Source: Patescibacteria group bacterium
GTDB taxonomy: Bacteria > Patescibacteriota > Patescibacteriia > JAHJFT01
Length of the DNA stretch: 64,000 nucleotides
NCBI GenBank assembly: GCA_028710985.1
Contig: JAQTTB010000001.1
Span: 231,397-295,396 of the forward strand
Direction of reading: 5' to 3'
In this document: positions 1-10,594 of the stretch, in pieces
Layout of the letters: each line of letters opens with the position of its first letter
Position numbering within the stretch: position 1 is the stretch's first letter
The notes under the pieces: generated by a model
What the model was told of the DNA's origin: nothing
Database searches by the model: none
Seen by the model: only the letters and a program-made list of their open reading frames with translations
Translations under genes and position numbers: made by a program

Positions 1-891
1 GCGGAATTCCTCAGCCGACTGCCAGCGGTCCTCCGGACGTTTGGCGAGCGCCTTCAGGATCACCGCGTCCAGCTCGGGCGAGATGTCGCTCCGGATCGAG
101 CTTGGCACGGGCGGCAGATTTTCGAGGTGCATGGCCACGATCCTCTGCCACCCCAGCTTTGAATCAAAGGGAACATCACCGGTCAGGAACTGGAACATGA
201 TAATGCCCGCGGAATAAATATCCGAACAGGCGCCCATGGCCTCGATGTCCCCGCGCGCCTGCTCGGGCGACATGTAGTGCGGTGAACCGAACACTATGCC
301 GGCACGCGTAAGCTTGGAGTCCTCCATCCCGTCGATGCCGAAGAGCCGCGAGATGCCGAAGTCCAGAATCTTGAGCCGCGGCGGCTGGCCGGCCGGATCA
401 ACGATCATCATGTTGCCGGGTTTCAGGTCCCGGTGCACCACGCCGACCGCGTGCGCCGCGGCTAGCCCCAAGAGAACCTGAGAGATGTAAGCGTAGGCCT
501 CTTTCGCCGGAAATGACGCTTGCTCATTCATGAGATCGTCAAGCGTCAGCCCGGTGAGGTACTCCATTACGAGATAGAACCATTTTGACCCGGCCATCAC
601 GTACTCGCCGCGGTCGTAGACCTCGATTATATTGGGGTGGTTTTTCACCCGCGTGATGGCGTATGCCTCGTTCGCGAAGCGCTGGATGAGCACGTCGCTT
701 CCGCAAAGTTCCCGGCGGAGTATCTTAATCGCCACGTCGCGCTGCAGGCGCGTATCGCGGCCGCGCAGCACGTATCCCATGCCGCCGATTCCCAGGACCT
801 CGGCCATCTCGTATCTCTTTTCTATTATCTTACCGACGAACTGCTTGGCAATCTCATAGTCTTCCTTCTCGTCCTTATCCGGTACGAACAT
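1..891 (-). CDS. Hanks-type Ser/Thr protein kinase (PknB-like), runs off the left edge
   Basis: Manual translation: MFVPDKDEKEDYEIAK..LGIGGMGYV..VAIK..VVHRDLKPGN..KILDFGISR..GSPHYMSPEQARG..DIYSAG; AGGAGG SD upstream of ATG at 891; absent from ORF track because there is no stop in the window. Confidence 0.92.
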   Translation of the reverse strand, partial: MFVPDKDEKEDYEIAKQFVGKIIEKRYEMAEVLGIGGMGYVLRGRDTRLQRDVAIKILRRELCGSDVLIQRFANEAYAITRVKNHPNIIEVYDRGEYVMAGSKWFYLVMEYLTGLTLDDLMNEQASFPAKEAYAYISQVLLGLAAAHAVGVVHRDLKPGNMMIVDPAGQPPRLKILDFGISRLFGIDGMEDSKLTRAGIVFGSPHYMSPEQARGDIEAMGACSDIYSAGIIMFQFLTGDVPFDSKLGWQRIVAMHLENLPPVPSSIRSDISPELDAVILKALAKRPEDRWQSAEEFR

Positions 892-1071
892 GGCGTTCCT
901 CCTATTTCTTATGTTGTAAGGTTCATTTTATGCTAAATCTGGCGGACAAAACTAATCCGCAAGACCCTATATTTAACCACAAAATCGCGAATTTGTCAAG
1001 GGTTTAGCCAAAAAGCGGAGACGCCAGCCGCGGCTGACGTCTCCACCTTAAACGTTCTCTTGTCCGAATTC

Positions 1072-3990
1072 TTACTTCTTCTTTATTCCAATCCAGATAT
1101 CCTCCCCGTCTTTCTGCCAGATTTCGGCGTGCGCCAGCTCTTTTTTCTCGGCGCGAATATCGTCGGCCAGAACATCGGCCATAACTTCATTTTTCATATC
1201 GCGCAAAACATCAAGCGCCATGGCGAATTCTGTGTCGTAATATAAAGTGATCCGGTCGTTGATGGTGAGCCCGGCTTTCTTCCGGAGCGAATTTACATGC
1301 CGCACGATTTCGCGCGCCAGTCCCTTTTTGGCAAGCTCCGGGGTAATCACGGTATCGAGTTCAACCGCGATATCGTCCTTTCCTCCGGCTGCGATTTCAA
1401 CCGCTTCAACATTGAGTTCGTCGCGCACGAGATCAAGAAGTTCGATTTTCTTTTTTAATATGTCCGCGAGCTTCGCGTCATTAAGGCTTACCTTAACGCT
1501 TGCCAGAATCTGGCGCACCGGAATGCCGGCCACGGCGCGCGCCTCCAGGCCCCGGCTCGCGATCGCGCGCACGACTTCCATTTCAGCGAGCAATTTTTTA
1601 TCAATTAAATTCTTACGCGATTCGGGCCATGCCTCAAGATGCACGGAATCGGCGGCGCGTCCGGTCACACTTCTCCAAACCTCTTCAGCGATAAACGGAG
1701 TAAACGGCGCCATGACGAGCGCGAGCCGCACGAGCACTTCGCCGAGCGTGGCAACCGCTTTTTTCTTTTCATCCCTGTCTTCGCTCTTGAAACGGTCGCG
1801 GCTCCTGCGCACAAACCAGGTTGAAAGCTCATCAATGAATCCGACAATCGGACGACTCGCCTCTATTAAACTAAAATTGTCTAATGACGTCGTGACCTCG
1901 GCAATTAAATTTTCAAGACGCGCAATAATCCAGCGGTCAAGCACATTGTCAGAAGGCTCATCTACGCCTTGAGTATCTTCGGCCGCATAAAGTTCATAAA
2001 ACTTATAGACATTCCAGATGAGCATCAAGACCTTGCGTTCAATTTCCGCCACATCTCTTTCGCAAAAATTCAAATTTTCCGCTTCAATCGCCGGAGAAGA
2101 AAAAAGATAATAGCGCATTGAATCAACGCCATACGAATTAAAGAGAATCCACGGGTCCGGATAATTTTTAAGGCTCTTGCTCATCTTTTTACCGTCCTCG
2201 GCAAGCACAATGCCGTTCACGATCACGTTCTTGAAAGCATTTTTATTAAAAAGCGCGGTCGCGAGCACGTGCAGTTTGTTAAACCAGCCGCGCGTCTGAT
2301 CCTGCCCCTCGGCGATGAAATCCGCCGGAAAATTATCATCAAACCATTTTTTATTTTCAAAAGGATAATGCGCCTGGCCGTAAGGCATTGAGCCGGATTC
2401 AAACCAACAGTCAAAAACTTCGCGGATACGATTCATTTCTCCGCCGCAGGAACATTTAATTTTTATTTCATCAATAAACGGCCGGTGCAAATCCGTACCT
2501 TCGCGAAAATTCTCCGCCTTTTCGCCGAGTTCGGCCACGCTCCCGATTACCTCGCGCGCTCCGCAGGCCGCGCATTCCCAGACCGGAATCGGCGCGCCCC
2601 AGTAACGCGTCCGTGAAACGCACCAGTCCGGCGAAGTCTCGAGCGTCTTTCCGAAACGACCCTTCTTAATATGCTCCGGCCGCCAGTTTATATGCTCGTT
2701 ATTTTTAAGAAGCTTGGCTTTTAGGCTCGTCACATTCACGAACCAGGCATTTTGGGCTTTATAAATAAGCGGTGTTTTACAGCGCCAGCAATGTGGATAA
2801 CTGTGCACACATGTCTCGCGCTTAAAAAGCGCGCCGCGCGTTTCAAGCTCTTTCATGATATCTTCGTCCGCGTCTTTAACGAACCGTCCGGCCCACGGCG
2901 TAATTTCTGGCAAGAATTTTGCCTGATCATCGACTGTTACAATCACCGGAAGATCCGCTTTTTTACCGGCTTCCATATCTACTTCACCGAATCCGGGCGC
3001 CACATGCACAATGCCCGTACCTTCATCTGCGGTCACGAAATCGCCGGCAATCACGAAATGTGCCTTTTTATCAAGTTTAATAAAATTATAAAGAGGCTCA
3101 TACTCTAAGCCCAATAATTTTTTGCCCTTCACGATTCCCAAAAATTCAACTTTCATTTCTTCTTCATCCTCATCTTCAATCGGATAAACAATGTCTTTCA
3201 GAACTTCATTTTTTCGCGATTCAGAAAAAATATATGTTTCATTGTTTGATTTGATTCTTACCCGGAGATAATTCATCTCCGGATCAACCGCGAGAGCGGC
3301 GTTTGCCGGCAACGTCCACGGCGTCGTCGTCCAAGCAAGAAGATACGTATTAGATTCATTTTTAAGTTTAAACTTTACAATAATCGCCGGATCCTCAACG
3401 TCCTTATACGTATCAACTCCGACTTCGGTATTGGAGAGCGGCGTGGCGCAGCGCGGGCAATAATGCGACACGCGCCGATCCTTGTACACCAGTTCTTTTT
3501 TGTTTAATTCCGAAAAAACCCACCACACGGATTCAATAAATGGATTATCCATTGTCCGGTAGGTATTTTCCATATCAACCCAGCGGCCGGTGCGGCGCAC
3601 GATGCGCTTCCATTCTTCGGCATAGCGCATCACCGAATCGCGGCACGCCTTGCAGAATTTATCAATTCCCAGACTTTCAATCTCGTCTTTGGAATTCAAA
3701 CCCAGTTCTTTTTCAATCATTGTCTCAATCGGCAGGCCATGGCAGTCCCAGCCCCAGACGCGGCGCACGCGAAATCCGCGCATGGTCTTGTACCGCGGAA
3801 AAACATCCTTGATCAGGCCGGCGAGCAGATTGCCGTAGTGCGGCAAACCCGTGGCAAACGGCGGACCGTCGTAAAAAACAAACTGGCGGTCTTCCGGCCG
3901 CTCGTTGACTGAACGCTCAAAAAATTTTCCCTTATCCCAAAAATCCAGGGTCGCTTCCTCCATTTCCGCGAACTTTGACTTCTTGTCCAT
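1072..3990 (-). CDS. ileS: isoleucyl-tRNA synthetase (type 2-like)
   Basis: FYDGPPFATGLPHYGN, GWDCHGLP, WTTTPWTLP, DWCVSRTRYWG, KMSKS motifs; start taken at MDKKSKF (3990). Confidence 0.96.
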   Translation of the reverse strand: MDKKSKFAEMEEATLDFWDKGKFFERSVNERPEDRQFVFYDGPPFATGLPHYGNLLAGLIKDVFPRYKTMRGFRVRRVWGWDCHGLPIETMIEKELGLNSKDEIESLGIDKFCKACRDSVMRYAEEWKRIVRRTGRWVDMENTYRTMDNPFIESVWWVFSELNKKELVYKDRRVSHYCPRCATPLSNTEVGVDTYKDVEDPAIIVKFKLKNESNTYLLAWTTTPWTLPANAALAVDPEMNYLRVRIKSNNETYIFSESRKNEVLKDIVYPIEDEDEEEMKVEFLGIVKGKKLLGLEYEPLYNFIKLDKKAHFVIAGDFVTADEGTGIVHVAPGFGEVDMEAGKKADLPVIVTVDDQAKFLPEITPWAGRFVKDADEDIMKELETRGALFKRETCVHSYPHCWRCKTPLIYKAQNAWFVNVTSLKAKLLKNNEHINWRPEHIKKGRFGKTLETSPDWCVSRTRYWGAPIPVWECAACGAREVIGSVAELGEKAENFREGTDLHRPFIDEIKIKCSCGGEMNRIREVFDCWFESGSMPYGQAHYPFENKKWFDDNFPADFIAEGQDQTRGWFNKLHVLATALFNKNAFKNVIVNGIVLAEDGKKMSKSLKNYPDPWILFNSYGVDSMRYYLFSSPAIEAENLNFCERDVAEIERKVLMLIWNVYKFYELYAAEDTQGVDEPSDNVLDRWIIARLENLIAEVTTSLDNFSLIEASRPIVGFIDELSTWFVRRSRDRFKSEDRDEKKKAVATLGEVLVRLALVMAPFTPFIAEEVWRSVTGRAADSVHLEAWPESRKNLIDKKLLAEMEVVRAIASRGLEARAVAGIPVRQILASVKVSLNDAKLADILKKKIELLDLVRDELNVEAVEIAAGGKDDIAVELDTVITPELAKKGLAREIVRHVNSLRKKAGLTINDRITLYYDTEFAMALDVLRDMKNEVMADVLADDIRAEKKELAHAEIWQKDGEDIWIGIKKK

Positions 3991-4083
3991 AACTAGCAAA
4001 ATTTTACCTGATTTATACAGGGATTTTAACAAAATCCCCTCTTTCTGTAAAGTCAGCCGCGTATCTGCTATAATAATAACACT

Positions 4084-5214
4084 ATGAAAATTTTCCTTGG
4101 TGCCGACCACGCCGGCTTCCGCCTCAAAGAGGAGATTAAAAAATATTTATCCCGCGCCAAATACGATGTCCATGACCTCGGCGCCTTTAAGCTGGAAAAG
4201 AATGATGATTACCCCGCTTATGCCGCGCGCGTCGGCCGGGCGGCGCGCCGCGACCCCGCGTCGCGCGGCCTTGTGCTTTGCGGCAACGCCGAAGGCGTCT
4301 GCATCACGGCGAATAAAATCCGCGGCGTGCGCGCCGCCCTGGGCTATTCAACCTACGCGGCAAAAACCTCCCGTACCGACGACGACGCCAACGTGCTCTG
4401 CCTCGCCGGGCGCGTCCTGAAATCCGCGGAAGCGAAAAAAATTACGGCCGCTTTTCTCAAGACAAAATTCTCCGACGCAAAGCGCCACGCACGCCGCATT
4501 AAGCAAATTAAAAAATTAGAAAAAAATGCCTGCCTCGCCGAAGCTCCGACCGAGCGAAGCGAGCGTCGGGACAAAGGCGGGCCGAAAATAATCCCCGCTA
4601 TCCTCGCGAAAAACGCGATTGATTTCGCGCAAAAGCTGCGCTTGGTTGAAGGCGCGGCTTCGCGCGTGCAGATTGACGTGATTGACGGCAAATTTGTTTC
4701 GCCAAAAAACTGGGCTGATCCGGAAATTATTAAAACCATACCCACGCCCATAAAATACGAACTCCATCTCATGGTTGCCGATCCGGCGGCGGAAATTAAA
4801 AAATGGAAAAAAATAAAAAATGTAAAAAAAGTTATTTTTCACATTGAAGTGAAACGAAATCCCGCGAGCATCATTAAAGCAATCAAGCGGTTCGGCTGGC
4901 AGGCCGGCACGGCCCTGAATCCCGCGACACCAATTACCCGCCTCCGGCCGGTTATTCAAAAAATCAACACTGTTCTTTTTCTTGGCGTCACCCCTGGCCG
5001 TTCGGGCCAAAAATTCCAGCCGCGCATTTTAAAAAAAATGCGGAACTTGAAAAAAATCGCCCCGCGGGTTACAATCCAGGTTGACGGCGGCGTAAATCTT
5101 AAAAACGCGCGCGAGATATTGAGAGCCGGCGCCGATACTCTCTGCGCCGCAAACGCGATTTACAAAACCGCTAAACCCAAAAAAATAATTAACGAATTTA
5201 AAAAAATTAATTAA
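4084..5214 (+). CDS. rpiB-rpe: RpiB (ribose-5-P isomerase B)-Rpe (ribulose-P 3-epimerase) fusion
   Basis: N-terminal GADHAG..DDYP..ANKIRGVRAA; C-terminal IDVIDGKFV, ELHLMV, GVTPGRSGQ, QVDGGVN; the linker is encoded by a hairpin insert. Confidence 0.9.
   Translation: MKIFLGADHAGFRLKEEIKKYLSRAKYDVHDLGAFKLEKNDDYPAYAARVGRAARRDPASRGLVLCGNAEGVCITANKIRGVRAALGYSTYAAKTSRTDDDANVLCLAGRVLKSAEAKKITAAFLKTKFSDAKRHARRIKQIKKLEKNACLAEAPTERSERRDKGGPKIIPAILAKNAIDFAQKLRLVEGAASRVQIDVIDGKFVSPKNWADPEIIKTIPTPIKYELHLMVADPAAEIKKWKKIKNVKKVIFHIEVKRNPASIIKAIKRFGWQAGTALNPATPITRLRPVIQKINTVLFLGVTPGRSGQKFQPRILKKMRNLKKIAPRVTIQVDGGVNLKNAREILRAGADTLCAANAIYKTAKPKKIINEFKKIN
4529..4581. repeat. 53-nt GC-rich nested hairpin insertion element
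   Basis: CCTGCCT...TCCGAC..GTCGGGA..AGGCGGG; ends resemble the CCTGCC../..GGCGGG elements elsewhere in the window. Confidence 0.7.
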
Positions 5215-5226
5215 TAATATCCAACT

Positions 5227-5766
5227 ATGCGCAAATTTATTTTTGCCGGAATATTGTTCGCCATGACGCTCGCCATGACCGGCGCGATTGCCCTGCCCGG
5301 CGACGCGGCAACTCTCGTTTCCGGCGATCTCATTAAAGGACAAAGCTTCTCCTCGGTCTACTACTATGCCGAAAACGGCAAACGCTATGTCTTCCCCAAC
5401 GAAAAGACATATTTTACCTGGTATACGGATTTTAGCGAAGTTAAAATAATCACCGATGCCGAGCTCGCCGCGATTCAAATTGGCGGCAATGTCACCTACA
5501 AGCCGGGATACAAAATGATTAAAATCACTACCGCGGACAAGGTCTATGCCGTTGAAGGCGGTGGAGTTATCCGCTGGGTCAAAACCGAGGAAGCGGCCGA
5601 AACCCTTTACGGACTCAACTGGAACGACTGGATTGACGACGTACCGGACGGATTTTTCACCAACTACCGCGAAGGCCAGTCAATCGAATTCGCCTCGGAT
5701 TACAGCAAGACCCAGCAGTCAACTCTGTATTACACCATCAACCACGACAAAGGATTCGTCTATTAA
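5227..5766 (+). CDS. secreted hypothetical protein (CPR-type LIKG..VYY..GKRYVFPN repeat domain)
   Basis: Signal peptide followed by two internally similar LIKG/MIKI..VY modules. Confidence 0.75.
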   Translation: MRKFIFAGILFAMTLAMTGAIALPGDAATLVSGDLIKGQSFSSVYYYAENGKRYVFPNEKTYFTWYTDFSEVKIITDAELAAIQIGGNVTYKPGYKMIKITTADKVYAVEGGGVIRWVKTEEAAETLYGLNWNDWIDDVPDGFFTNYREGQSIEFASDYSKTQQSTLYYTINHDKGFVY

Positions 5767-5770
5767 AAAC

Positions 5771-5806
5771 AAAAGTACGGGTCGCAGATCTGCGACCCGT
5801 ACTTTT
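5771..5806. terminator. perfect 36-nt palindrome; likely bidirectional terminator / dispersed repeat
   Basis: AAAAGTACGGGTCGCAGATCTGCGACCCGTACTTTT between convergent genes. Confidence 0.75.
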
Positions 5807-5812
5807 TTAATT

Positions 5813-7744
5813 TTACCAAAGTTTTTTCAATACAATGCCGCTGTAATAATATTTCACTATCTCATCCCAGCCACGTCCTGCATTTGCCATGCCAATAGCA
5901 TCGGTACAGGCCATGCCGACTCCATGGCCCCAAAGAGTGTTATTCGCCGCGGCGTCATATGGTGCCGGAACCGACTGCAGCCAGCCATAATCAATGCCAT
6001 TTGAACCGCCCCAGACTTCTTTGTAGCTCCGCGTCCGTCCGTCGGAACGCGAGTAATATGGGGTGAAAACCGGCTCATTGTCATAATGCACAATCATGCC
6101 GCGCGTCTGCTCCACCGCGTTCGCGAGCCGCGGCACGCGGATTTCGTTTCCGTATCCGCGGTAAACCTGATCATAGGTCGCATCAAGAATAAAATGCCCT
6201 TTTGCATGCTTGGTCGGATATGAATAATGAAAATATGCGTACGAACGCGCCGCAGTCACAAGCGCTTTCTGAAATTCAGTCGGCGAATAATTTGAAGTCT
6301 CAGCCAAACCCTTGAGATAATCCTCCATCGGAAGTTCGTTGATTACCCAGGGATAATTTGTTTCCGATACCCGAAGTTCAATCACTCCGCGAAAGCGATT
6401 GTCGTTATAGGCGCGGTTCCATGCCGGCCGCTGCTCAAGACTTGTAAGTTCAAAAATATTCTGTCCCGCCCCGGCCGGCTCAAAACGCAGATAGCACGCG
6501 CCGGTATAATTTTTCGCGTCTTTGAAAAAAGAATACTGATACGTTGATTTATTATAACTCGCGGTCACTACTACCCCGGCCGCGTATGTACCCAAATCCT
6601 GGCCACAGGATGTTTTAACCACAAACGATTTATCCGCCGTAAGCGTCAAATCTCCTTCGAGATCGTAAAGCCCGATGCGCATCAGCGATTCCTGCATCAA
6701 TCCAATTGTCGGCGCCGGACTAGTTCCTTCGGACGGAATATCTCCTGAATCGTCAGTTACGGTAATCGGAATATCTAATTCGCCGCCCGAAATGTCAGTT
6801 CCGTCAGTTTGCAATTTTAAATTCACCTGATAAACACCAGCCGACGCGGCCTTAAGAGTAAAGGTAAAAAATTGCAGTGCTCCGGGCGCAGTCGGAGACG
6901 CCGATTCAGCAAGCACGGACCGTGATTTCCAGGAAATATCATAAAAATTATCCAAACCGGTTGATGCGGCTGCCACATCCGGCAAAACTATTTTTGCACT
7001 TAACCAAGTCGCTCTGCCGTAATTCTTAAAACCAGCTGTAAATTTTATCGCCTCGCCGGCGCGCATTGTAATTTGCTGGTGGCTGCGCAGAAGAAGCTTT
7101 GCCTCATAGCCCGCCGATGCCGTTGGAATTGAGGCCGCGGTTGGAGTCGGAATCGATGTTGCCACCGGCGTTGATATCGGGGTCGTGCTTCCGGATGTAT
7201 CGATTAAAATCGATACGGTAAATTCGCCGCCCGGTATCCACAAAAGATCTTCCGCGGCTAAATAAAATTTTTCTTCATAAACTCCGGATGCGATATCCGC
7301 CGGCGCGCGCAATTTAAAAACAACGTATCCGACTTGGCCGGGCGCAACGCGACTGTCTTTCATCGCCGCCGGCTGTTCGCGCAGCTTCCAGGTCGTATCC
7401 TGGAAACGGCTGGTGCGGTATTTCGGCGACCAGGTATAAATTGAAATATAATTTTTTTCCGTGTTTGTCCAGGTATTGCTTCCCGTATTCTTGAAACCGA
7501 CGGTGAATTCTTTTGTTTCACCCGGCCGCATGGTGAGGGTTTTCGCGGTCTCAATCATCTTCACGGCTTCCCACTCTGCCGCTCGAGCCTCGTGCACTGC
7601 AAAAATTTGCGTTTCCACGAGTGAAAGCATCCAGGAAAACACGACCACGATTAAAAAAACCACGGAAACGCTTGCAAAAACGCTGCCCCAGCTTTCCGTG
7701 GGCTTTAAATCACAATTATCGATTTTTAAGCCGTAATTTGGCAT
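5813..7744 (-). CDS. SpoIID/LytB-domain cell-wall hydrolase with N-terminal Ig-like domains
   Basis: INELPMEDYLKGLAE, KALVTAARSYA, DQVYRG, WGHGVGM..A..MA..G..IVKYYY; two FKNTG/FKNYG..W Ig-like repeats. Confidence 0.85.
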   Translation of the reverse strand: MPNYGLKIDNCDLKPTESWGSVFASVSVVFLIVVVFSWMLSLVETQIFAVHEARAAEWEAVKMIETAKTLTMRPGETKEFTVGFKNTGSNTWTNTEKNYISIYTWSPKYRTSRFQDTTWKLREQPAAMKDSRVAPGQVGYVVFKLRAPADIASGVYEEKFYLAAEDLLWIPGGEFTVSILIDTSGSTTPISTPVATSIPTPTAASIPTASAGYEAKLLLRSHQQITMRAGEAIKFTAGFKNYGRATWLSAKIVLPDVAAASTGLDNFYDISWKSRSVLAESASPTAPGALQFFTFTLKAASAGVYQVNLKLQTDGTDISGGELDIPITVTDDSGDIPSEGTSPAPTIGLMQESLMRIGLYDLEGDLTLTADKSFVVKTSCGQDLGTYAAGVVVTASYNKSTYQYSFFKDAKNYTGACYLRFEPAGAGQNIFELTSLEQRPAWNRAYNDNRFRGVIELRVSETNYPWVINELPMEDYLKGLAETSNYSPTEFQKALVTAARSYAYFHYSYPTKHAKGHFILDATYDQVYRGYGNEIRVPRLANAVEQTRGMIVHYDNEPVFTPYYSRSDGRTRSYKEVWGGSNGIDYGWLQSVPAPYDAAANNTLWGHGVGMACTDAIGMANAGRGWDEIVKYYYSGIVLKKLW

Positions 7745-7898
7745 TTTCTTTTTATTTTTTCGCCCGAAGACAATAAAACCGCCTTGTCCTTTCTTCCTAA
7801 GTTAGAACGTTGGCGGATAGTCTCATTTACACTATATATAATAACATAAAAAACGCCGTTTGTCAAGTCTGAAAAAAAAATATATACTTAATTAAAAT

Positions 7899-9341
7899 AT
7901 GTCACTCACTCGCGCCATTGCCTGGAATACGATTTCGCAGGTTTCCGGAAAAATTTTAAGCACCGTTGTCGGTCTTGTTACCGTTGCTTTGATGACCCGC
8001 TACCTTGGCCGGGATGGTTTTGGCGGCTACACAACCATCACTGCTTTTTTGCAGGTCTTTGGCATTTTGGTTGATTTCGGCTTGACGCTCATGACCGTGC
8101 AGATGATTTCCGAACACGGCGACGACCGAAAATTAAACGATAAAATATTAAGTAATATTTTTACATTGCGGCTTGTTTCCGCAATTTTATTTTTGGGCGC
8201 CGCGCCGCTCATCGCGCTTTTATTCCCCTATCCGGCAATGTTGAAGTGGGGCATCGCACTTACTACTTTTTCATTTTTATTCATATCCTTAAATCAACTT
8301 CTTACCGGCGTCTTCCAAAAGCATCTTCGCATGGAACGCGTGGTAATTTCCGAGATTATCGGCCGGCTAGTTCTCCTTAGCGGCGTCGCTGGCTTTATTT
8401 TTCTTAATCTCAACTTGCTTTGGATCATGCTTGCCGTGGTTCTCGGAAGCTTTGCGAATTTTGTCGCCAACTGGATTTTTGCCAAGCCGTTCGCCGCGAT
8501 CCGCCTTTCTTTTGAATGGCCCCTCTGGCGCGAAGCCCTGGCGCGCTCCTGGCCGATCGGCATCTCCATCGCTTTCAATCTTCTTTATTTTAAAGCCGAT
8601 ACCGTAATTTTGTCCGTATTCCGCTCTCAGGCCGAAGTCGGGCTTTACGGCGCGCCTTATCGCGTGCTTGAGGTACTCATTACTCTACCGTTTATGTTCA
8701 TCGGCGTGCTGATGCCGTTTTTTGCCCGCTGGTTTGCGGAAAAAAAGCTTGAAGATTTTACCCGCCTCGCCCAGCGCGGTTTTGATTTTCTCGCTATTAT
8801 CGCCTGGCCCATGGTTTTTGGCGCCCTGATCCTTGCGACTCCAATCATGGTATTTATCGCCGGCCCGGATTTTAGCGCCTCGGGTCCAATTCTCCAAATC
8901 TTGATTATCGCGACCGGTGTAATTTATCTTTCTGTTCTTTTTTCGCACCTCATTGTTGCGATCGGCTGCCAGCGCCGGATGATCTGGGGCTATGTCGCGA
9001 CCGCCGTGGCCGCTCTCATATTTTATCTGGTTTTTATTCCCCGCTTCGGCATGCCGGCCGCCGCCTGGGGCACAGTCGCCTCCGAAGCAATGATCGCGCT
9101 TCTCACCTTTATTGTTGTTTACCGCGCAATCCGATGGCGACCGGCGCTTGGCGTCTGCAACCGCGCCTTAGCCGCGAGCCTTCTCATGGCTGCCGCGATT
9201 TATTTTATTGAACCGTATTTCTCAAATCTTCTTGTTCTGATTACTGGTGGTGCCGCAATATATGCCGCAATACTCTATGCCCTTGGCGGCGTAAAAAAAG
9301 AATTGATCATGGAAATATTTAAAATCCCCCGCAACCCATGA
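7899..9341 (+). CDS. Wzx-type polysaccharide flippase
   Basis: Many TM segments; TRYLG..GFG.Y, DFGL, VGLYGAPYR motifs. Confidence 0.85.
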   Translation: MSLTRAIAWNTISQVSGKILSTVVGLVTVALMTRYLGRDGFGGYTTITAFLQVFGILVDFGLTLMTVQMISEHGDDRKLNDKILSNIFTLRLVSAILFLGAAPLIALLFPYPAMLKWGIALTTFSFLFISLNQLLTGVFQKHLRMERVVISEIIGRLVLLSGVAGFIFLNLNLLWIMLAVVLGSFANFVANWIFAKPFAAIRLSFEWPLWREALARSWPIGISIAFNLLYFKADTVILSVFRSQAEVGLYGAPYRVLEVLITLPFMFIGVLMPFFARWFAEKKLEDFTRLAQRGFDFLAIIAWPMVFGALILATPIMVFIAGPDFSASGPILQILIIATGVIYLSVLFSHLIVAIGCQRRMIWGYVATAVAALIFYLVFIPRFGMPAAAWGTVASEAMIALLTFIVVYRAIRWRPALGVCNRALAASLLMAAAIYFIEPYFSNLLVLITGGAAIYAAILYALGGVKKELIMEIFKIPRNP

Positions 9342-10585
9342 ATTATTTTATTCTGATAATTTTCCTCGGCCTGTTCGGATACCTCGCCTGGCGCAACTTC
9401 CGTCTTGGACTTGCGCTTCTTGTTTTTCTTTTACCTACTTACTTCATCCGTTTCCAGATCGGCCCATTGCCAACCACGCTTCTTGAACTCTACTTTGTCG
9501 TCATTGCCTTGATCTGGATAACCAAAGAGCGCGGCCTCTCCTACCGCAATCAAAATTTGATAAAATGGCGGCTGCCGATTTTTCTTTTCTTAGCGGCCGC
9601 GACAATCGGCGTCATTGTTTCTCCGGATAAAACCGCCGCTCTCGGCATCTGGAAAGCATATTTTATTGAGCCCATATTATTTTTCTTGATTCTCATCTCC
9701 AGCCTCAAGACACGGGAAGACTGGAAATTAATCTTGAATGCCCTTCTTGCTTCGGCGGCCGCGATATCGCTTTTCGCGATTTTCCAGAAAGCAACCGGCG
9801 TCGCCATTCCCCCGGCCTGGCTCGCCGAGCGCCGCGTCACTTCGGTTTTCGGCTACCCGAACGCCGTCGGCTTGTACCTTGCGCCGCTCATTATCCTGGC
9901 TTTTTCTTTATTCTACGATTCGCTACGTGAGAAAAAATATATTTACTCAACATTATATTTTCTCTCGCTCGCCTCTTCCGCGCTTGCCATATTTTTTTCC
10001 AAAACCGAAGCCGGCTGGATTGCCGCGGCGGCCGGAATTTTTATTTTTTGCGTTTTCAAAAAAAATCTCCGCGTCCCGGCCATTGCCGCAGCCGCGATTC
10101 TGATCCTCTTGATCGGTCTCACGCCCGCGCTCCGAAGTCCGGTGATTGAAAAAATCACGCTTCAGGACTGGTCCGGCCATGTCCGCCTTGTCACCTGGAG
10201 TGAATCGCTTGAAATGCTGAAATCCAACGCGATCTTCGGCGCCGGACTCTCTGGCTATCCTTTAAAAATGATCAAATTCCATCAAGCCGAATATCTGGAA
10301 ATCTTCCAATATCCTCATAATATTGTTTTGAATTTCTGGTCCGAAACCGGCCCGGTTGGGCTCATTGCGTTTCTCTGGCTCATGGCGCTCGGCATTGTCG
10401 CGTCATTAAAAAAAGCGCGCCAGTCTAGCCTCGCGCTCGCCATGCTCTGCATATTTTTTGCCATCCTGATCCACGGTTTGGTTGACGTACCCTATTTTAA
10501 AAATGATTTATCAATGATGTTCTGGCTCTTTCTCGCAGTGGCCTTTATTTTAGAGAAAAAAAACGAGACGCTTTCGCGCCTCTAA
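9338..10585 (+). CDS. O-antigen ligase family membrane protein
   Basis: RVTSVFGYPN, IFGAGL, YPHNIVLNFWSETG, IHGLVD. Confidence 0.85.
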   Translation: MNYFILIIFLGLFGYLAWRNFRLGLALLVFLLPTYFIRFQIGPLPTTLLELYFVVIALIWITKERGLSYRNQNLIKWRLPIFLFLAAATIGVIVSPDKTAALGIWKAYFIEPILFFLILISSLKTREDWKLILNALLASAAAISLFAIFQKATGVAIPPAWLAERRVTSVFGYPNAVGLYLAPLIILAFSLFYDSLREKKYIYSTLYFLSLASSALAIFFSKTEAGWIAAAAGIFIFCVFKKNLRVPAIAAAAILILLIGLTPALRSPVIEKITLQDWSGHVRLVTWSESLEMLKSNAIFGAGLSGYPLKMIKFHQAEYLEIFQYPHNIVLNFWSETGPVGLIAFLWLMALGIVASLKKARQSSLALAMLCIFFAILIHGLVDVPYFKNDLSMMFWLFLAVAFILEKKNETLSRL

Positions 10586-10594
10586 GATGAGCTG

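Noticed and set aside
1247-1972. Long antisense or alternative-frame ORFs (this one, 23223-24050, 31475-32254, 37617-38303, 47411-48052 and others)
   Set aside because: They shadow well-supported genes in GC-rich sequence and show no recognisable motifs.
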